The notes below the pieces were generated by a model, which made no database searches, had not been told where the DNA came from, and saw nothing but the letters and a program-made list of their open reading frames with translations. This document shows positions 58,621-64,000 of a stretch of 64,000 nt of DNA, one piece after another. The stretch's first letter is position 1. Each line of letters opens with the position of its first letter. The position numbers and the translations under genes are program-made. Source of the stretch: Candidatus Zhuqueibacterota bacterium (GTDB lineage: Bacteria; Zhuqueibacterota; Zhuqueibacteria; Thermofontimicrobiales; Thermofontimicrobiaceae); the NCBI GenBank assembly GCA_049322915.1, contig JBMOPW010000004.1, forward strand, positions 1 through 64,000, in the 5' to 3' direction.

Positions 58621-58971
58621 TCAGCCTTCGTTGTGCCAATATCTTTTCACCCGATTAATTTCCATTTTGAGCGTCGAAATGGCTTCTTCAGCGCGATCCA
58701 GTTGGTTTTCAAAACCAATTTGTTCCAGCACTAGCGCAGACTGATGGACAAAGTTCACGCCTAAATTTCCGGCAGCGCCTTTGATACTATGAGCAAGTTC
58801 GCGAATGGATTGCGCCTGCTGGTTTTTAATGGCATCGTCCAGAGCTTTGATCTGCTCCTCTGATTGTTCGAAGAATAAATCCATGAGTTCATGATATAAT
58901 TCAAAATCACCGCCTGTCCGCCGGATACCGCCTTCTTTGTCGATGAGCAAATCCGAATTCGTTGTTACCAT
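58621..58971 (-). CDS. Standalone Hpt domain protein
   Basis: LAHSIKGAAGNLG; GGDFELYHELMDLF. Confidence 0.9.
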   Translation of the reverse strand: MVTTNSDLLIDKEGGIRRTGGDFELYHELMDLFFEQSEEQIKALDDAIKNQQAQSIRELAHSIKGAAGNLGVNFVHQSALVLEQIGFENQLDRAEEAISTLKMEINRVKRYWHNEG

Positions 58972-59339
58972 GTCCCGCCTTTCAGAAATGTTGGCTTTGT
59001 TTCATTGTATCCTCATTCTCGCGCCGTTGCCGAATAAAACCTGTCCCTTGCTGCGAATGAGAATATACCAGCAAAGAGATACATGCTGCTTTGTTATAAA
59101 ATCGGTTTATTTTGACAAATGTTTAGTGAAAAAATTCCTCATTCGTTCAGAGTGGCGATAGGACTGAATTGCCGATGAGTTGAAGGATAACAGATATGTT
59201 AAATCAATAAAAATTACTTGAATTTTTCACTAAATATTCTATATTTGATATTGTTTATTTTCGAGCATGGTTTACGGAAAACTGACTGAGGCGTACTCAA
59301 TATTTTTTGAATGCAGTATTGAAAAGCGAAGTTACACCT

Positions 59340-60317
59340 ATGACTCACTATTCTGAACATACAATTGCCACGAAAACCGCTTACAATCGAATCGCGAAAT
59401 ATGTACGGCATACGCCGATGGAAATCTGTCGGTCATTGAGTCGATTGTCGGGCGGAACAGTGTACATGAAAATGGAGCACTGGCAACACACTGGTTCATT
59501 CAAAGTCCGCGGCGCGTTGAGCCGCATGATGACGTTATCCGAGGCGGCGAGAGAGAAAGGCATTATTACGGCATCGGCTGGCAATCACGGACTCGGGGTT
59601 GCCTATGCCAGCGAAATATTAGGCATTCGGTCCCGCATTGTTTTGCCTGTCACTGCTTCGCCCACGAAATTGCGATTGCTCAAATTTTACGGGGTGGAGA
59701 TTGTCCAGGCCGGCGAGGACTATGACGAGGCCGAGGATATCGCCCATCGAATCGAAGCGGACTGCGGTCTCACATTTGTCCATGCGTTCGACGATGCAAA
59801 AATCATCGCTGGCCAGGGCACGTTAGCGCTCGAAGTATTGAAGGACCTGCCCGATCCGGATATCTTTCTGGTGCCGCTTGGCGGCGGCGGACTCATTTCC
59901 GGCATGGCCATCACACTGAAAAAGTACTGTCCTCATGCGAAAGTCATTGGCATTCAGAGCACGGCCTCACCGGCGGTGTACCGCGCGCTTCAGGCGAACC
60001 AGGTCATCGAAACCCCCATCGACGAGACGATTGCCGATGGATTGGCCGGCCGATTGGTCAGCCCCAAAATCTTCGAGACCATTCAAAAGTACGTCGACGA
60101 CGTGATTCTTGTCGACGAGAAAGACATTGTCCTTGCCATCCTGTATTTGTTGCAGCAACAACACACGCTCATTGAAGGCGCGGCTGCTGTGGGAGTTGCT
60201 GCGCTACTCTCCCATAAAATCTCCATCACCAACAAAAAATGCGTCGTTCTGCTGACCGGCAGAAATATCGATGTGTCCACTGTCAAAACGGTGATGAACC
60301 ATAAATTCGAAATATAG
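59340..60317 (+). CDS. PLP-dependent threonine/serine dehydratase (catalytic domain only)
   Basis: GSFKVRGA, ASAGNH, GQGT, GGGGLISG; no ACT domain. Confidence 0.9.
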   Translation: MTHYSEHTIATKTAYNRIAKYVRHTPMEICRSLSRLSGGTVYMKMEHWQHTGSFKVRGALSRMMTLSEAAREKGIITASAGNHGLGVAYASEILGIRSRIVLPVTASPTKLRLLKFYGVEIVQAGEDYDEAEDIAHRIEADCGLTFVHAFDDAKIIAGQGTLALEVLKDLPDPDIFLVPLGGGGLISGMAITLKKYCPHAKVIGIQSTASPAVYRALQANQVIETPIDETIADGLAGRLVSPKIFETIQKYVDDVILVDEKDIVLAILYLLQQQHTLIEGAAAVGVAALLSHKISITNKKCVVLLTGRNIDVSTVKTVMNHKFEI

Positions 60318-60448
60318 CACGAGTTGAAAAAAAGCGGGGAGTGTTTGTTTCGGCGTCCCTGTCAGAAGGCGAATATTACAGGCATCTCCCTTTGCGCTGA
60401 ACTTGATAAAGCAGAACAATTTCCAGGATATTCAGTTTGGAGATTGAA

Positions 60449-61234
60449 ATGACGGATGTTCTTCACAGCATCGTCGCCTCGCTGGACGGGCGCGATGACG
60501 AGATTTTCCCGTTTATTCCCCACATTCTTCAGGACTTGTGGGAGATTGGATCGAATCCGGCAACCATCAGCGATATGATGAAGCGGCATCAACTGGCGGC
60601 AGGCGATCCGACCCATGTGCTGGATCTGGGCTGTGGCAAAGGGGCTGTGTCGATTCGCCTTGCCAGAGAATTTCCCACGGTTAGGATCCTGGGTATCGAC
60701 GCGATGGAGCCTTTCATTCAGGATGCAACGCGATACGCGGAAGAATATGGTGTGACTGATCGATGTCGCTTCCGCATTGGGGACATTCGAACGGAAGTGC
60801 CTCAACTGACAAATTTCGATGTCGTCATCCTGGGCTCAATCGGCCCGGTGTTTGGAACTGTCGGGCGCACCCTGCTTGCGTTGAGAAAATGTTTGAAAAA
60901 TAACGGAACCATCATTTTGGATGACTGTTACATCCCGGATACAAGTCCTGACCAGGTGGGGAATTATGAAAAACGCGCAATGATTGTCAAGCAGTTTCAG
61001 CAGAGCGGATTTGAAATCGCTGAAGAGTGGTTTTGCGGGGAAGCGTCTATCAAGGATTCCAACGAGGCGATGTACACGGCGATAGAGAATCGCTGCAAGG
61101 AACTCATTGCCCATCATCCGGAAAAGACGGAGCTTTTCGAAGGCTATCTCCGGGCGCAGATTGAGGAGAACGAAGTTCTGGAATGTGAGGTCATCGGTGT
61201 GACATGGTTATTGAAATATCGGGAGTTGATGTGA
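60449..61234 (+). CDS. Class I SAM-dependent methyltransferase
   Basis: VLDLGCGKG motif I. Confidence 0.88.
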   Translation: MTDVLHSIVASLDGRDDEIFPFIPHILQDLWEIGSNPATISDMMKRHQLAAGDPTHVLDLGCGKGAVSIRLAREFPTVRILGIDAMEPFIQDATRYAEEYGVTDRCRFRIGDIRTEVPQLTNFDVVILGSIGPVFGTVGRTLLALRKCLKNNGTIILDDCYIPDTSPDQVGNYEKRAMIVKQFQQSGFEIAEEWFCGEASIKDSNEAMYTAIENRCKELIAHHPEKTELFEGYLRAQIEENEVLECEVIGVTWLLKYRELM

Positions 61235-61261
61235 GAAAAAATCGCGGTAAGTCAAGAAGGT

Positions 61262-61933
61262 CTATTCCACGTGGGTGATTATTGACTGCCGCGACACGGA
61301 GAATTCCTTGCTCTTCCCGGCGATCACCCGGTCGCCAAAGCCGGTGAGCGCCATGAGCATTTTGAAAATCCCGCCCTTTATCTGCTTCTCCTGCTGATCT
61401 GCATCTCCCAATTTTTTCAACTGAAAACTTTTAACCTCGCCGCCAAGCCAGTTTTTGATCTCCTGGTAATTTTCCACAGATAATGGCCGCAGAACCACTT
61501 TGACGGTGACGAAGTAGTGCGCGGCGCTGTCCATCCGGCTGATGAAGTGAATAGGGCTATTGGAAATGATCGAGCATTTGTCGCGCACGGTCTCGATTGA
61601 GCTCGTCATGCGCGTTTCGTCCCGGCTTAAAATGACGTATTTGTTCTCCCAGTTGTCATAATAGACTTTCATGCGAACGGCGTTTTCAGCGATGAGATTG
61701 TTGATCCAGCCGCTCTTCTTCTCCCATAATTGAATCTGGTATTCAAGCGTGCTGGTCAATCCCTTCTGCAAGCCTTCGGAAATTTTTTGATCGATGATTC
61801 CTTCCACAGTGAAATCAAGGAGCAGGACATCCGCTTTGACTTTCACCGAATCGATGAGAACCCGTTTGCTGGCGCCAAACGCGACACCAGTCCCGATCGT
61901 ACAGAGCAAGATTGTCAGTATGATTTTTCTCAT
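61262..61933 (-). CDS. DUF4390-like exported protein
   Basis: Signal peptide; LQKGLTSTLEYQIQL..W..YDNWENKY pattern. Confidence 0.6.
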   Translation of the reverse strand: MRKIILTILLCTIGTGVAFGASKRVLIDSVKVKADVLLLDFTVEGIIDQKISEGLQKGLTSTLEYQIQLWEKKSGWINNLIAENAVRMKVYYDNWENKYVILSRDETRMTSSIETVRDKCSIISNSPIHFISRMDSAAHYFVTVKVVLRPLSVENYQEIKNWLGGEVKSFQLKKLGDADQQEKQIKGGIFKMLMALTGFGDRVIAGKSKEFSVSRQSIITHVE

Positions 61934-62043
61934 GGAAGGAAAGATATTTTGACTCCATAATTCCGATGACCGGACTATCAGAACACGCTCCGAATCTGTC
62001 CATTGCGTGCGCTTTCCGCATCGGATAATTTAAAATTCACAAA

Positions 62044-62220
62044 TAAAGACGCGATCCTACTCCTGCCGGGATGTAATCACCCCGGAAAACCGCGTTCCGG
62101 ATGAGGGCCTGGCCGCGAACTCGGTGCGTCGCTCCCGTTTTTTTACCCACGATGCAAGCGCAACTCTCCCGACTCATTGAACCGTGCCCTTTCGGCGCCT
62201 GGTGCCGAAACAGGCGCTGT
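62044..62220 (-). ncRNA. Candidate structured RNA or leader (unassigned)
   Basis: GC-rich stretch with several hairpins, downstream of an ECF-like promoter; no known family recognised. Confidence 0.3.
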
Positions 62221-62452
62221 AATTTTCTTATACATAACGAAAAGACGCTGAAAAGGTTCACACAAATCAGGCGAAAATCGAAGGAGTCGTGCAGATGCCG
62301 GATCCGGAACGGGATCGAACGATGATTCCCCAGCAGGAATTTTAGTTCAGCAATGTATCGACGAACAGCGTTTGCGCCTGCCGGCCGCGTCAATCCCCCA
62401 TTTCCCGCGCCGGATGGAATTGATCCAACTGGGTATAGCATCCGAATTCAGT

Positions 62453-63319
62453 CTAAATTTTTTGGATGACAAGCCCGATCCATTCGTCCTGTCTGGATTC
62501 CTCAATCACCTGAAAACGACCGGTCAGCTCAGATAAAATTTTCTCCCGCTCATCGAAAAGAATGCCTGAAAGAATGGCGATCCCTGACGACTTCAGGCGC
62601 GCCATCAGGCTATTCAAATATTCTAAAATGATTGTCCGATTGATATTGGCCAGGATCAGATCAAACGATTGTTTGTGTATCGCATCCAGCGCGCCGCAGA
62701 AAAGTCGGATTCTTTCTGCAACATTATTGTTAAGAAAATTCTTTTGGGCTGTCTCCGCGGCGATGGGATCATTGTCGAACGCAACAATTTCTCCGTCTGA
62801 AAGTTGCGCCGCTGCAATGGCGAGAATGCCTGTCCCTGTGCCAATGTCCAGAGTTCGGTGGTGAGGCTGAATGTATTTGAGCAGAAACTTCAATACCAAC
62901 TGCGTGGTGGCATGGGTGCCGGTGCCAAATGCCATTTGAGGATCAATTTCAATGACGCGAGTCCCGGGCGGCGGCGCATAGTCGGACCAGCTCGGCTTGA
63001 TGACGATTCGTCCTTCAATGTCGATCGGCTTGATCGACTTTTTCCAGATGGCATTCCAGTCCTTATTTTCGAATTCCTGATGAGAGACTTTTTCCGGCTG
63101 CACAGGAAAGCCCATTTCTTTCAACTGACCGAGATAGCCGATCAATTGCAGATATTTTTCTTTATTCCAATTCTGGTATTTGAAATACGCGTGAAGATGG
63201 TTTTCAAAGGTGGAACAGCCGTCGGCGCCCAATTCGAAAAGAAAATTGGAAAGGATTTCCTCCATTTCCGGGGAGATGGTCAGACCGACTTCTATCCAGG
63301 TATTTTTTGTTTTGTTCAT
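62453..63319 (-). CDS. prmA: Ribosomal protein L11 methyltransferase
   Basis: DWNAIWK, IDPQMAFGTGTHATT, LDIGTGTGILAIAA, LILANI. Confidence 0.95.
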   Translation of the reverse strand: MNKTKNTWIEVGLTISPEMEEILSNFLFELGADGCSTFENHLHAYFKYQNWNKEKYLQLIGYLGQLKEMGFPVQPEKVSHQEFENKDWNAIWKKSIKPIDIEGRIVIKPSWSDYAPPPGTRVIEIDPQMAFGTGTHATTQLVLKFLLKYIQPHHRTLDIGTGTGILAIAAAQLSDGEIVAFDNDPIAAETAQKNFLNNNVAERIRLFCGALDAIHKQSFDLILANINRTIILEYLNSLMARLKSSGIAILSGILFDEREKILSELTGRFQVIEESRQDEWIGLVIQKI

Positions 63320-63342
63320 GACACAATCACGTTTAGGGTGAA

Positions 63343-64000
63343 TTACCAGTTCCCGCGCAGTCCAATCTCGAAGTAGATGCCGGTCCCGGCGTAGCCTTGC
63401 CACGGTTCGTTTGTCTGGTTGAGAAGATTTTTGCCATTGATGAAACCGATCACATGCGTGTGAACTTTCATCTCCACGAGCAGGGAGAGCAGGCCGTAGC
63501 CAGCGAGGGTGTCAGTGGAATTGAGCGCATAATAACGCGGGCCGATCCATTGAAATCCCAGTTTGGCTGAAGTCATCTTCGTGATCTGATATCCCAGATT
63601 GACAGGAATTTTATAGCGTTCCAGGTATGGAATATGGTCGACCGAAGAGGCTGAACTATCGCCCGGAACGCCGTACAGCCATTGCAGACCGACATCGAAC
63701 AGAATGTCCGGTGAGAGGTTCATTTTGCTCTTCACGGTGAGAGATGTGAGATCGACGGAATTCATGTCCGACAGCGAAATAAGTCCGGTGCTCACATCGC
63801 GATGCCAGAAGGCGTAATGAGCCCAGTCCTGATAGGCAGCTTCGGCCATAAAAGTGATCGCGTTCGTGGGACGATATTCCATGGAGGCTTTCAATTCCAG
63901 ATCTTTTTTCGCCGGGATAAAATCGAAGGCGTGCGAGATGAACGGATTGGTCTTCCACTGCTGCGAGAAAACCAATGGCGAATACTCCCGTCCGGCACTG
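63343..64000 (-). CDS. C-terminal part of an outer-membrane beta-barrel (TonB-receptor-like); start outside window
   Basis: NGKNLLNQ..W.GY..G..FEIGLRGNW terminal strand. Confidence 0.65.
   Translation of the reverse strand, partial: SAGREYSPLVFSQQWKTNPFISHAFDFIPAKKDLELKASMEYRPTNAITFMAEAAYQDWAHYAFWHRDVSTGLISLSDMNSVDLTSLTVKSKMNLSPDILFDVGLQWLYGVPGDSSASSVDHIPYLERYKIPVNLGYQITKMTSAKLGFQWIGPRYYALNSTDTLAGYGLLSLLVEMKVHTHVIGFINGKNLLNQTNEPWQGYAGTGIYFEIGLRGNW

Noticed and set aside
62037..62441. 134-aa ORF; also considered as 6S, SRP, RNase P or a known riboswitch
   Set aside because: The ORF has no recognisable motifs, and diagnostic motifs of those RNAs were not found. Kept only as an unassigned RNA candidate.

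Overview
Bacterial chromosomal segment of moderate GC, probably FCB superphylum (KSB1/Calditrichota-like). That placement is an inference from a QNYPNPFN/FlgD-type C-terminal sorting domain, a TBDR-DUF4876-DUF6850 locus and an exbB-exbD-exbD cluster. Housekeeping genes (asparaginase, dsbD, mutL-miaA, hslR-like, sbcD-like, isocitrate/isopropylmalate dehydrogenase family, GH57, S41 protease, prmA) are mixed with five accessory modules. (1) Left edge: an IS3 end next to an AT-rich, cassette-like membrane gene preceded by an attI1-like site. (2) A metal-uptake operon (OM barrel, ZnuA-like, two ZnuB-like, no ATPase) headed by a His-rich leader ORF ending in the RAPP ribosome-arrest motif. (3) An 8-gene minus-strand operon (34495-43585) resembling the Myxococcus Agl-Glt gliding core machinery (OM barrel, 2 TPR proteins, GltF-like, AglR/Q/S-like motor, GltG-like); one of its ExbD-like subunits naturally has Asn at the essential Asp position. 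(4) An ECF sigma/anti-sigma/DUF4097 triad. (5) A TonB receptor locus with three DUF4876-like lipoproteins, the middle one a chimera from a 1194-bp tandem duplication. No rRNA, tRNA or CRISPR array was recognised. Family assignments come from motif recognition by eye, not database searches. Several starts were moved from the ORF track to ATGs with better RBS context.
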